Positions 18,865 to 29,538 are shown, counted from the first letter of the stretch. The stretch is DNA of 64,000 nucleotides from Candidatus Hadarchaeota archaeon (GCA_964608515.1 CAZSNS010000004.1:1600-65599), one strand, 5' to 3'. Notes: generated by a model not told the origin, from the sequence alone. Translations and numbers: made by a program.

Positions 18865-21216
18865 TTAGGAATACTCTTCTTCTATTTTTTCCACGATTCT
18901 TTCTTGGATTTTGTCCATTATCTCTACTTTTTTTTCACTTTCCCCTCTTTCACCTATCACATCTACAGTTTCTTTACAAGCCTTTATTATAATATCGGGA
19001 TTTACATCCTCTCTAAATTTCTCAACAGCGGCCGTATTTGCACCACGCTTATCAGGTTCTGAATAGTGTGAAATTTCTGTTGTCCATATATCATCAAAAA
19101 GTTCAAAAAAATCCTCTTTAGAACTAGGTAATTCCTCTCTTGAATATTTATGAATCTCTTCTTCTATTTTTTTGAATATTTCCTCAGTGAGGAGATATTC
19201 TTCTACCTTTCTACTTTTATTCTTTCTCCACTCTTCAAGATAGTTTTCTTTAAGTTTTTCAGTGGGTTTATAATCCATATGGGTTACTACTTTTTCGTTC
19301 TCAATTAAATCTTCTTTCGGTTGATTTAATTCCTCTGCCAAATATTCTAAAAAATTAGTTACAATCTTGCTGACAATAATTTCGTTTTTAGCGTCATCCG
19401 GATGGATGAACAAGAAAAAATTCCATAAGCGTTCATATCTTTCTTCGGATAGCAACTCAATTTCTTTCTGTATGTCTAAGCCTTCACTCCTATTTGTCAG
19501 AGGCTCTAATCTAACTTCGTCATGTTTTTCTTGAATGAATGTTCCTATCTCTTTAGCTTGAGGGTGTCTTTCAGGACAATACACAAAGGTATCCCTTTCC
19601 ACCTTACATTCACTTTCGATTTTTTCTAATTCTTCAGGGGTTGCGTGATAAGTGTCTATAAAATCATTAAGATTACTAGCAAGGTCATTAAAAAGAGTAA
19701 ATGGAATTATTGCTCCTACTTTGTTAAGTTTTCTTTCTTTAAACCTAGTCAGTAATTCATTATCAGCCCTACTTTTTATGTAATGAATCAGTTCGCTATC
19801 AGTAAGATTAAGAATAGACTTTTCTTCACCCTCATAAGGATTAGAGTCCTTAGGTTTTCTCCCTCTTAATAATTTGAGTAACATAGTACTTGCTGCTGCT
19901 TTTGTTTTATGGTAGTATACCCTTTCAGCTAAAGTATGCCTAGTATCCATTATATTGAGTATTTCTGTTATTATATCTCCTTTTTCTGCTCCCCTTTTAC
20001 CATAAATAGATAAACCTAAACGGAGGGGAGAAGTCGTGTCGTATTCAACCATAGAGTTATCTTCTCCTATGATGAAATATCTGAATATTCTCTCGTCATA
20101 CCCTTTCGATTTTATACCGCAGTTTCGTAAGTCCCGTCGAATGTAGTCTAACATATCAGCACAGATAGTATTTCCGACAATATCTGCCATAAAAGGGTGG
20201 AAGATATCTCTTTCAGAAAATTTCTCTAAACTTTTTGAAAGTTTTTCGAATATTTCTTCTACTCTAGGTTGGGATTCACCGTTTTTTACTTCAGATCTAA
20301 TGTTTTCAAGTTTGTCTTCAAAGCTTTCAATTTTACCTGTATGTTTAATTTCATGTTTGAATTTGAGAATAAGGAAGAGCAAGTCTCTAAGATCTTTATT
20401 AGAGATTGGTGATATCCATCTTCCATCATTTTCTTCGGGAAGCCAATCATCCTTCGGATTAACAAGGATTTTTCTAATTTCGCTATTTTCGTCAAAAAGT
20501 AAATACCATAATCTGGGACTTTTTATTTCATCATGCCCTTGAAATTCATCGAACTCATCTTCTAAGGTGTGTCCAAAAGGAATATGGGTTATATCGTGAA
20601 GAAGTGCGGCTATTGAGACAATTTTCTTTATTGATTTCATTTTATTGGAAAATTCTTTGTATGAATCCCTAGTATCTGGATTGGAGTAGTATTTTGAACT
20701 TCCGTTCAAATAAACGTTTAGTTTTCCATCTTCTTTTCTAATATTGTGATGGTATCCCTTATTTTTGTCGTTTAATCTCCACAATCGGTTTTCTTCTACA
20801 ACCTCAACGGTAAAGTTCTCAGAAAGAGTAAGACCGTTTCTCTCGTACTTTTCTTTAAGTGTCGTCGTTTCGGTTTCATTTAAGCTTTCCACTAGATCAC
20901 CTATATTTTCTTCTATAGTAAACAGATACTCATCCAAGAAAATATCAGAAATTTTTGAATTGAATGGTTCGAGATCCAACCTCTTATGGTTTTTCGGTAT
21001 GTTATTACATATTTTTTTAGCTAAATGATATACACCAATTGAATGCTGAAACCTTGTATGTTTGGCTCCTCGGTAAACGAGGTCGGCGAGGTTTAATTGT
21101 TTGAGTCCATCTAATCTTTCAAATTCTTTAGTATCAATTAATTTTTCCGCCAGGCCAGAAAATTCTATGTCTCCCCAGATATTATCTTTATAAATCATTC
21201 TATTCGCACCAGCCAT
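18865..21216 (-). CDS. SAMHD1/dGTPase-like HD-domain dNTP triphosphohydrolase, long form
   Basis: KQL...VYRGAKHTRFQHSIG, ALLHDITH.PFGH, ADMLDY..RD, VYYHK; start uncertain (21216 or 21198). Confidence 0.85.
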   Translation of the reverse strand: MAGANRMIYKDNIWGDIEFSGLAEKLIDTKEFERLDGLKQLNLADLVYRGAKHTRFQHSIGVYHLAKKICNNIPKNHKRLDLEPFNSKISDIFLDEYLFTIEENIGDLVESLNETETTTLKEKYERNGLTLSENFTVEVVEENRLWRLNDKNKGYHHNIRKEDGKLNVYLNGSSKYYSNPDTRDSYKEFSNKMKSIKKIVSIAALLHDITHIPFGHTLEDEFDEFQGHDEIKSPRLWYLLFDENSEIRKILVNPKDDWLPEENDGRWISPISNKDLRDLLFLILKFKHEIKHTGKIESFEDKLENIRSEVKNGESQPRVEEIFEKLSKSLEKFSERDIFHPFMADIVGNTICADMLDYIRRDLRNCGIKSKGYDERIFRYFIIGEDNSMVEYDTTSPLRLGLSIYGKRGAEKGDIITEILNIMDTRHTLAERVYYHKTKAAASTMLLKLLRGRKPKDSNPYEGEEKSILNLTDSELIHYIKSRADNELLTRFKERKLNKVGAIIPFTLFNDLASNLNDFIDTYHATPEELEKIESECKVERDTFVYCPERHPQAKEIGTFIQEKHDEVRLEPLTNRSEGLDIQKEIELLSEERYERLWNFFLFIHPDDAKNEIIVSKIVTNFLEYLAEELNQPKEDLIENEKVVTHMDYKPTEKLKENYLEEWRKNKSRKVEEYLLTEEIFKKIEEEIHKYSREELPSSKEDFFELFDDIWTTEISHYSEPDKRGANTAAVEKFREDVNPDIIIKACKETVDVIGERGESEKKVEIMDKIQERIVEKIEEEYS

Positions 21217-21442
21217 CCCCCTAGAGGAGGGTGATGAGATTTTATGAGTTCGTTTAAATAAAAAACTTACCATTTTAGTTTTAGTTTTGATTTTAATCTT
21301 CGTATTTTCTCTTGATTACTGAAGGGGTTAGATATCTATCAATTATGGAAAAATAAGATAGGAAGGACTTCTTCAGTTGCATGTCGTATTTTTATATTCC
21401 CCAATTTTATTAGTACTGTCCAGTTCTAGAATAAGATGGAAA

Positions 21443-21556
21443 ATGATATGTCCTCATTGCGACATTGAAATGAAATTAGTTGAATCGGAGGGGAATACAG
21501 AGGATAACAAGTGCCCCAAATGTGGTTTTCAAAAAACAGTAATAAGAGACAAGTAG
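21443..21556 (+). CDS. 37-aa zinc-ribbon microprotein
   Basis: MICPHCDIEMKLVESEGNTEDNKCPKCGFQKTVIRDK; below the ORF-track cutoff. Confidence 0.65.
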   Translation: MICPHCDIEMKLVESEGNTEDNKCPKCGFQKTVIRDK

Positions 21557-21626
21557 TTTTTAATATTTTTTGAAAGAATTGCTTTGCATGATTAAAGGGT
21601 TTGTTTTGGCTATCCCGGTATAATTT

Positions 21627-21968
21627 TTAGGACTCTACTTCTTCTTTATAACGATCATTTACCTGTTTTTGAAAATAAAGGACAAGGCCGATACAAGCAA
21701 ATATTATGGCAAATTGGATTATCAAGACTGCACATAATTTATAAGAGATTATCAGTAAAGAGCCCCTTGCTTCTAGAATCCAACTACCTACACCTATAAT
21801 TATCATTATGGCAATTAATGGTGAAACTGGAATCCAGATACTTACATATTTACGGCGATTATCGAGAGCATTCTTGTAGCGGTCGTTTTCGTGCCTATCG
21901 TAATTGTCCATAAGGGAGTGCTGTGAGGCAGCCCAAGACTGAGCTCTACTAAACACAAAGCCAGCCAA
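21627..21968 (-). CDS. Small membrane protein (2-3 TM), start uncertain
   Basis: Hydrophobic segments; follows 22012-22620 on the same strand. Confidence 0.55.
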   Translation of the reverse strand: MAGFVFSRAQSWAASQHSLMDNYDRHENDRYKNALDNRRKYVSIWIPVSPLIAIMIIIGVGSWILEARGSLLIISYKLCAVLIIQFAIIFACIGLVLYFQKQVNDRYKEEVES

Positions 21969-22011
21969 GATTCCTAAAGCCGTTAATGTTAAAGGTAGGA
22001 CTTCTATATTG

Positions 22012-22620
22012 TCACTCTCCTTGGTTCTCGATTTCTTCTTCTATCCAATCCAGAAGATTTTTAGCATGAGTTTTAGCTTCCACTTTGAACTTTTTTTTAT
22101 GCCCACTATGGCTCACAGTTTTGGGCTTAATCGCCCCCTCAACACTTTCATATTCTCCCTCATGTTTGTCAAAGATCTCTCTGAGTAAATCCCATAATTC
22201 AGATTCTAGTAAGATATAGTGGTCTTCAACTTCCTCTCCGAATTTTTTAACAAGTTTCTCAAATTTTTTCTTTAAATCCTTAAACATATTACCTTTTAAA
22301 TTACTATATCTGTTAGGTTCTTCAGTTTTCAAAGCTCTAATTAAATAAGTCGCCTGTCCGTCAGTTATGTTAAACTTATTGGTTAACACATCTCTTTCTG
22401 GCTTCCATCCAAATTCTTCACATAAGGGCCATATTATTCTGGCCATAAGCTCCGAGGTACTTGAGGGGCGAGGCTTTTCTGCTGTAATCCACTCAAAAAA
22501 GAACCGTTCCCCCTCCTCTTTCACAGTATCTCTTATAACTTCATCTTCTTCCTCGTCCCCAATCTGAAACTGATTCTTTAAATCTACAAATAGTTCATCA
22601 ATTGATTTCCTATCAGGCAC
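22012..22620 (-). CDS. Hypothetical protein
   Basis: 202-aa ORF preceded by a purine-rich GGGGGAG RBS-like sequence. Confidence 0.65.
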   Translation of the reverse strand: MPDRKSIDELFVDLKNQFQIGDEEEDEVIRDTVKEEGERFFFEWITAEKPRPSSTSELMARIIWPLCEEFGWKPERDVLTNKFNITDGQATYLIRALKTEEPNRYSNLKGNMFKDLKKKFEKLVKKFGEEVEDHYILLESELWDLLREIFDKHEGEYESVEGAIKPKTVSHSGHKKKFKVEAKTHAKNLLDWIEEEIENQGE

Positions 22621-22857
22621 CTTATTCTCCCCCCACTTCCCAAAGCAAGATAAGTCTGTCTTATTTAAAGTTTTTATGAGTTATTACTGTTTTCCGATGG
22701 TTCTAGTGCCTCGGCGACCTCACCACTTAATATTTAGCCAAGCGTGGTTTCACTTTGTGGAGTTTATCTCCGGTCCCTTTCTCCCTTTGAACCCCTGAAT
22801 AGAGGGCTACTTCGTGGACGATATCGTCTTGGGGAGTAGGAGGAATGCAATGTTTTC

Positions 22858-23655
22858 TTAGCTATCTCTTCTCTCTTCAAAATAGTCTTGAGCTTTCACT
22901 TCAATAGAGAAAGGTTCAATATTTTCACAATCCTCTAAGACAGAGTTCACTTTTTCAATTTCTTCTCTAAGTTCTTCTATTTGTTTCCCCGAAACTTCTT
23001 CCTCATGAACTATCACTAAGATTTTTCCCCCTTCTCTCACTAAAACAGATTCTATATTCATGTGGCCCTTCCATATTTCCTCATCTAGTTCTTCTTGAAG
23101 AATATCATAAACTACTTCTGGTGCTCTACGATTATCAATGTCACATGAATCAGCTATACGGAATAAAGTAGCTAACAATTGGACTTTTATCTCATCTCCG
23201 CAACTGTGAGTACGTTCTGGAATATCATCTAATTCTTCTTCTGAACGATGTCTTTTAACCACTGTCTTAAGACCACTTTCAACAGGATTATCTAAATCAA
23301 ACAAGTAGTTTTGTCTCTTTAATGTATCCCACATTTCACAAGATTTTTCGGCATGACTTTCTCTATCCTCCAAGTTCCCAATATCATGGATCCAAGCTGA
23401 AGCATATAAAATAAAAATTTCTTTTTCATTCAATTCCCCCCCTGACTCTTGATAAATATCAATAACATCATTGAGGTATCCAATAATTCTCTTAGAATGC
23501 TCATAACCGTGATCTGTAAATTTGGGAATTTCTCGCGGTATATATCTCAAAATATAAGTAATTGCCTTTTTTATCACATACAGTTTATGTTCGTATGCAG
23601 TGCTTCCATTTCCCTGATTAGCTAGTTTTTTGTATTTTTGATTATTGTTCCCCAT
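22858..23655 (-). CDS. Stand-alone HD-CE-like phosphohydrolase
   Basis: FTDHG..HS.RI, SAWIHDIG, H, LFRIADSCD...RAP. Confidence 0.8.
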   Translation of the reverse strand: MGNNNQKYKKLANQGNGSTAYEHKLYVIKKAITYILRYIPREIPKFTDHGYEHSKRIIGYLNDVIDIYQESGGELNEKEIFILYASAWIHDIGNLEDRESHAEKSCEMWDTLKRQNYLFDLDNPVESGLKTVVKRHRSEEELDDIPERTHSCGDEIKVQLLATLFRIADSCDIDNRRAPEVVYDILQEELDEEIWKGHMNIESVLVREGGKILVIVHEEEVSGKQIEELREEIEKVNSVLEDCENIEPFSIEVKAQDYFEERRDS

Positions 23656-23866
23656 CAACAACAATTATTGAAATTTGGATAATTAAGCTTTTAACATTGA
23701 ATTTTTAAATAACGAGTTAATTATTCAATATTGAGTTGAAATTTTGAGATGGAAAAAGACTTATAAGATGGATATTATATATCTATTTTGGTAAAAAAAA
23801 TGAAAAGATTTATAAAAAATGAACCTCCTGGTGAGGAAGAGTTTGCAGTGAAGAAAATTACCTGAG

Positions 23867-24157
23867 GTGTTTATATTGGAAGAGATACTATCCGAGGAAT
23901 TGAAGGTGGCATTAAAAGTATTCGAGTACGACAAGAAAAAAAATGAGCCTATTTATCTTAATAAACTCGATGAAGTTATCAATGATGTCAGTAAGAACAA
24001 AATAAGTAGCTCGGTTGACGAACTGTTTGACTTAGGGATAATAAATGCGAAGTGGGAGAAATCAGGGGGTAATTGGGCTAGAGTACTCACTATCAGTGGA
24101 GAAGCTGAGGACTTTTTAGAGGATCTCGACGAGCGAGTAAAGGAATTAGAGGAATAA
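23867..24157 (+). CDS. Winged-helix protein
   Basis: RBS-like GAGG; SKNKISSSVDELFDLGII...W. Confidence 0.7.
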   Translation: MFILEEILSEELKVALKVFEYDKKKNEPIYLNKLDEVINDVSKNKISSSVDELFDLGIINAKWEKSGGNWARVLTISGEAEDFLEDLDERVKELEE

Positions 24158-24341
24158 AGTTACTACATATGCTTTTTTTTCTTCAAGGTAGATAATTTTA
24201 ATAGCCTAGCTCGCTGTTTAAATTTGGTTTCTATCACTTATCTAGCATTTTTTCGGTTCGATTAATCACTAGAATTTAAAACTGACACTCTATCAAAGAT
24301 GGTTTTAAAAAGGTCAAGCTATAAACTCATTCTGTATATAT

Positions 24342-25457
24342 ATGGGTTTAGACGATTTAGAGAAGTATAAAGAGGAAGGAGAGACCTTTGGCTTAAAAGA
24401 CATAATAGATGAAAAAGAGACTTTTGATTTAAAAGAGGAATTTGAGGAGTTTATTGGAGATCATATCAAAGAACTATCTGAAAAAGATAATATTATTGCA
24501 CTAAAGAGAAAAGGGAATGTTTTTTTTGAGCATTTGAGGGAAAAATTTCCATCTTTAAAAACCCTTGGACATCTTTCACAAAATCATATCCATGTAAAAA
24601 AGGAAGAATTAGACAATTCTAAGATAATAATATTCGATGATTCAATTGATGAGGGAAATAATTTTGGAAATATCATGAAAGTATTTGAGAAACTAAATAT
24701 AAATCCGAAAGAAGTTTTAGTTCTAAATGTAATAGTGAATGAAAATGCAATCGAAAAAATAAAAGAAAAATATCAAGATGGTGACCTAAAATTTTTATAC
24801 CTCGAATCAGTTTCAGATGAGGAATACGGTAAGCTGTATCCTAAATGCATGTTTGGATATATAGATTATATAAATGAATCCTTAAACAAAGATTTTTCAA
24901 TTATTACCTTAGAATTGGATAAGAGAATTAACATTGAAGAGCTTAAAGAATGCTTTAATGAAAAATTTGATATAATGGATTTAGAACATAAATTAGATTT
25001 GGAGAGTTTAGAAAGAAATAAAGAACATATAGTCTCGAAGATTTCTTTGGACGCTGAAAAGTTTTTTAATAATAAAAGGGAAAGTTTCCCAGAAATAGAA
25101 AATATGAAGCAAACGAAAGTAAGAATTTTCTTAAGAGATAGAGAAACTAACAGCTCTATTGATATTATACCAATTTTAATCCCAGAAAATCCTCCTGTAA
25201 TGGAGTGTAAAGATAAAGAGATATGTAAACTTGATGAATTTAAGAAAAAACATCTAGAAAACTCAGAGCCTGATGAAGAATGCTTGGAAAGATACTGTAT
25301 AAAGTGTTTACAAGAAAACCTATCTAAAGATTTCGATAATAAATTTCAAAGCTATTTAATAAAAAAATTGAAAAAAAAGGGTATTCAAATAATGAGAAGC
25401 AAGACTGAATATCCAATAATTCCTGATTATTTCCCCCTTCTTGAATTTCCAACCTAA
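24342..25457 (+). CDS. Phosphoribosyltransferase-fold protein (conflict-associated PRTase-like) with Cys-rich C-terminus
   Basis: KIIIFDDSIDEG PRPP-loop motif; IIALKRKG. Confidence 0.65.
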   Translation: MGLDDLEKYKEEGETFGLKDIIDEKETFDLKEEFEEFIGDHIKELSEKDNIIALKRKGNVFFEHLREKFPSLKTLGHLSQNHIHVKKEELDNSKIIIFDDSIDEGNNFGNIMKVFEKLNINPKEVLVLNVIVNENAIEKIKEKYQDGDLKFLYLESVSDEEYGKLYPKCMFGYIDYINESLNKDFSIITLELDKRINIEELKECFNEKFDIMDLEHKLDLESLERNKEHIVSKISLDAEKFFNNKRESFPEIENMKQTKVRIFLRDRETNSSIDIIPILIPENPPVMECKDKEICKLDEFKKKHLENSEPDEECLERYCIKCLQENLSKDFDNKFQSYLIKKLKKKGIQIMRSKTEYPIIPDYFPLLEFPT

Positions 25458-25981
25458 AAATTATAATCGACTTCATTCAAAATCTCTGGCTTTTGAGATC
25501 TCATTTCTTTGACTTTTTTTACCATATTCTCCTTCTTATTGATTTTTCCTTTTACTAATTAGATGTTTTTGATAGATATTGTTTTCTTTTTGGATTCCAG
25601 TCTTTCTAGGAAGATTTGGATAATAGATTAGAAAAAGTCGAAAAAAGATAATGTATAGCTTCCATAAACCTGATTCAAATAATGTATACACTTCCGAAGC
25701 TTCAGAGAAGAATAAGAGGGGAATTGAACGGTTGATTTTGAAGCCTTGAAGAGATTTTAACCTTCCATTCTCTTTTCATTTTTCGAAAAACGCTATCTAA
25801 TTCTCCGAACCTATATGGCTAGAATTTGGAGGTTAATAGTGTGTTAACTTTTCCGAAATCGGAAAACTATTCGCCTTTTCCTATCGTTTGTTACAAGACT
25901 ATTGGATTTGTCGCTTAGTCTTCTCAATAAATCACTATAAAGAGGAAAATAATATTAGATTCTGATTTAATAGCATAAAAC

Positions 25982-26872
25982 ATGAGCTTACGAGATTTAT
26001 ATTTGGATAGATGGAAACGAGTGAGGGCCGCGGGGATTAAAATATATGATAATAAAGGTCTAGAACAGGCAATTAATTTTATAAATAAAAATTTGAATGA
26101 TCCTCGTAAAATTGCAGGATTGGAAGCTGAACTTCTCTTCTATGATGAGTACAAGGAAAAGCATTCTTTAATACCTACTACGCTGATGGATGATATGCTA
26201 AAATGTGATTTTGCTGGTGATTATAAAGGTGGAGCGGCTCGTTTTGATGTGACGACGAACCCCGAATATAAAGATCTTTCCGAATATGAGAGTCTTCAAG
26301 AGCAGGGAGAATATTATATCGTCGTCGTTGATAGAGAGGGGAAAGATTTCCAAATATTAGATATAAACTTTCCTACATGTTCCTTTTGTGAAGGGTTAGA
26401 GGATAAAAAAGGGAGGCTTATTCCGATAGTAAATATTTCTAAACTTGGTGGAGAGTCAGTATGTAGCTCTCGTTTGAGATTTTCTAGAATATGTTCTTAT
26501 TGTGGAAAAGAAGAGCAGATTGCCTATGATGAACTATTGGAATTTTCTCCTTCATCAATCCGTTATGAGGTGGAGAAAAGATTTGAAGAGCGACTTAGGT
26601 GGGCAGAGGAAGAACGTGGTGAAGAAAAAAGGAAAGAAATAGAGAAAGAATATGAAGAGACATTAGAAGAAGAGCTAGAAGGTTATGCTAGTACTATTAA
26701 AGATTTCTGTAAAAATCAGTATGGAGGAATACCTAGGTTAGTTGGTAGTCCTGGGGGTAAGATGATTCATGGAGAAGTGGTGGAACGCTTTGAGCCCTTT
26801 TGGGTGCATCCGACTATTGATGAGTTTTTTGATCCGTTAGCAATTTCTGATCTTGTTCCCCCCCGTCCATAA
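25982..26872 (+). CDS. Putative PD-(D/E)xK-like nuclease with two CxxC motifs
   Basis: G..AE...DF.G...FDVT pattern; CSFC and CSYC. Confidence 0.45.
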   Translation: MSLRDLYLDRWKRVRAAGIKIYDNKGLEQAINFINKNLNDPRKIAGLEAELLFYDEYKEKHSLIPTTLMDDMLKCDFAGDYKGGAARFDVTTNPEYKDLSEYESLQEQGEYYIVVVDREGKDFQILDINFPTCSFCEGLEDKKGRLIPIVNISKLGGESVCSSRLRFSRICSYCGKEEQIAYDELLEFSPSSIRYEVEKRFEERLRWAEEERGEEKRKEIEKEYEETLEEELEGYASTIKDFCKNQYGGIPRLVGSPGGKMIHGEVVERFEPFWVHPTIDEFFDPLAISDLVPPRP

Positions 26873-26975
26873 GTAGAGATAGAGAAAATACTAATGGGTT
26901 ACTGTATTCGGAATAGTCTGGTATTATCTTATTCGTGAAAACCTGTCCGGAAAGTATTGTCCAAAAATAAGTAAA

Positions 26976-27533
26976 TCATATTTTTACTTTTTCAGCTAAA
27001 CTTAAGTTTACCCTTTTCACTTTTTCTGGTTCAGCAAGTTCAAATCTCTCTAATTTTCTGTATAATTCGTTTATCGTACGTTTCCAGCCCCAGTTCGGCC
27101 GATTTCTTTTCCGAAATACTTTGTCCAATTCATTTTCGAAGTAGTCGGTAAGCTCATACTTCTCCAGCTCTTCTTGGATTTCGTCTGCTTTTGAAATGGT
27201 TTCTTTTTCAAAATCGTCACTGTTTGAAACTTTCTCACAAAAGTCAATGATTTCGGAAATCCTGTCAGTTAATGAAACTTCAATATCTAGTATTTTATCG
27301 TTCCAATTTCCTGCTTGTTTGAATATTTCTATAGTATCTTCTATTTCTTCGGTGTTTCCGACATGTTTTCGGTTGTCATCTGATTTTATCGTATCGAATA
27401 TCTCTACCCTGTCGTCCTCTATTATCGGAATATCGAAAATCATCGTTTGGTCATCCATTTCTACACCTCCAAATCCTTCCTCGCCTCCTACTATTAGGAA
27501 CTGTGTTTCTGTACGACCGCTCGTATAATCCAA
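26976..27533 (-). CDS. Hypothetical acidic protein, possibly 5'-truncated
   Basis: Frame stays open upstream of the TTG start without an ATG. Confidence 0.5.
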   Translation of the reverse strand: MDYTSGRTETQFLIVGGEEGFGGVEMDDQTMIFDIPIIEDDRVEIFDTIKSDDNRKHVGNTEEIEDTIEIFKQAGNWNDKILDIEVSLTDRISEIIDFCEKVSNSDDFEKETISKADEIQEELEKYELTDYFENELDKVFRKRNRPNWGWKRTINELYRKLERFELAEPEKVKRVNLSLAEKVKI

Positions 27534-27881
27534 GTTTGCTAAAACTAGATATTCTCCCTGCTTTTTTTCCAGCGAATCCTCTTGAAAAGCTATGAATTCT
27601 TTTTTGCCAATTAAAGGCCTTAAATGTTCTTAAAAAAATAATGAAACCTCCTTTCCTAATGTTATTAAAAAATGATGGCTCTCTGCCGAATTTTAATTAA
27701 TTACTTGGATAGAAGTTGAGGGTTTAAGTGGTTTTTCAAGGGCAATTTATTTAAAAATGGAGTGTTGTTCCCATAGAAGTGGTGGCAGAAAGAGGCTATC
27801 AACCCTGATGAGCACATAGAAACCCTTTTCAAGATATCAAAACTTAATAATGTGAGAAAGAAGTTAACATTAAAGTGAGGG

Positions 27882-28532
27882 GTGTTCTCAGTGGATGAAG
27901 ATTTTTCATTTAACCGTTTATTTTTATGCTTTCCTTTAGTCCTCCCCAATGATATTAATGAGAAGGTGGATGATTTTTTTGAAAGAATTTCCCCTGAAAA
28001 AATTTCAAATATAAAATCGGTGGAGAGGACGGATAAACACGTCTATAAGTTAATAACGGAGGAAAAGAAAGGGGCCTTTCACATTGGAGAGTTGGACACT
28101 ATACATCTAGTTATCAATGATCCCTCACATGCAGATATAGAAAATTTAAACTCAGCACTCAACGACATAGTTGGGCTTTTAAAAAGTGTTCTTGAGATAG
28201 ATAAAATCGAAACAGAAGATGGAACACTGCGGCTAGAGATTGAATCTGACTCGGATTTGGAGAAATATCTATCCAAGCTAATTTCTGAGGAAGATAGAAA
28301 AGGTTTTAGAGAAAATCTAAACTCAGATATTACTGGCTTACAATTTAAGCCTCTTACGGATACGATAGATCGCTTTAGTATAGAAAAGGAAGATGACAAT
28401 CTAGTGGGGGTCTGTGGAAAAAAGTATGACACCAAAATTGAATACGAGGAGGATTTCCTTGAGAGTGAAATTGAAAATGTAATAGAATTTTACGAATCAA
28501 AGTTAAAGGAGGTTCTTGAATATGAACCATAG
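27882..28532 (+). CDS. Hypothetical protein, first gene of a three-gene HEPN operon
   Basis: Overlaps the next ORF; acidic. Confidence 0.65.
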   Translation: MFSVDEDFSFNRLFLCFPLVLPNDINEKVDDFFERISPEKISNIKSVERTDKHVYKLITEEKKGAFHIGELDTIHLVINDPSHADIENLNSALNDIVGLLKSVLEIDKIETEDGTLRLEIESDSDLEKYLSKLISEEDRKGFRENLNSDITGLQFKPLTDTIDRFSIEKEDDNLVGVCGKKYDTKIEYEEDFLESEIENVIEFYESKLKEVLEYEP

Positions 28533-29022
28533 AGAATGCTTTACCCCAATAGAAGAGAAACATCTAACAAGGACTCTTGATTTGATAGGAATTGATAAAA
28601 GTCATCCAGAAGACCACACTATGATTTCAGAAACCACAGGACGGTTTGGATTCTTTGCATCTGTTTCGACTTGTGAACCACATCTTAAAGAAGAAGACTT
28701 GTTTGAGAAAGATATTCGAAATAATGTGACCAAAAAAATGAAAGAGAGAGCAAAAAACATCCCGACGTTAAAGAATTCTCTTGAACTTTCGATTAAAAAA
28801 ATGAAAGAATTTCTAAATTCGAAAGATATAAAATATGAATTAGAAGCTGATGTTTGGCAACCTGTGGAGTTTGAGGATAGCGGTGGAGAAAACTCCATAA
28901 CTATTCATATAGAATGTGATGATTTTGATAAAAGGAGAGAGATAGAGGACGAAATTCGAGATATAGTAAGGGAATCTGAAAAAGATGATTTAATCATATA
29001 TACCATGATTAAACGATTTTAG
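28516..29022 (+). CDS. Hypothetical protein (possible antitoxin partner)
   Basis: Coupled between the upstream ORF and the HEPN gene. Confidence 0.6.
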   Translation: MNMNHRECFTPIEEKHLTRTLDLIGIDKSHPEDHTMISETTGRFGFFASVSTCEPHLKEEDLFEKDIRNNVTKKMKERAKNIPTLKNSLELSIKKMKEFLNSKDIKYELEADVWQPVEFEDSGGENSITIHIECDDFDKRREIEDEIRDIVRESEKDDLIIYTMIKRF

Positions 29023-29023
29023 G

Positions 29024-29422
29024 TTGAATATTATGCCGGTTAATCCGAAGGATTTTTTTGAGATTTCGCAAATGTTTACGGCCGAGATTGGTAGTGAGAT
29101 TTCTTATAGAACTGCTATAAACCGTGTTTACTATAGCTTGTTTCATCTTGTGAAAAACACTACTAAGGAGATTGAGGGTTACAAGTACAAAGGGAAGTCA
29201 AAAGATCATGGTATAACCATAGAGGCTGTAAAGGATATTTGCGGTAAAGACATAGCTGATGATTATCAAAGTTTATTTGAAGCAAGGAAAGACAGTGATT
29301 ACAATTTAGACAAAAAGATAGATGAATTAGAATATGATCATTGGAAACATAAATACAAAGAAATAAGTGAAAAATTTCGCAAGGAAGCGCCGGAATATGA
29401 GAAACTTGAGAAGTTCATTTAG
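29024..29422 (+). CDS. HEPN-domain protein
   Basis: YRTAINRVYYSLFH and R..SDY. Confidence 0.85.
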   Translation: MNIMPVNPKDFFEISQMFTAEIGSEISYRTAINRVYYSLFHLVKNTTKEIEGYKYKGKSKDHGITIEAVKDICGKDIADDYQSLFEARKDSDYNLDKKIDELEYDHWKHKYKEISEKFRKEAPEYEKLEKFI

Positions 29423-29538
29423 GGATATAGTTTCTGCTGATGATGCTGACTTAAATATTCCACTTTTTTAACGTCACCAGATACATAAATTGATATGAAT
29501 TCTGGCTTCCGACCGATGTTCACAAAAACAAAAGCCGG

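Noticed and set aside
25460..25980. Possible degraded gene in the island gap
   Set aside because: Only short broken frames with no recognisable motif.
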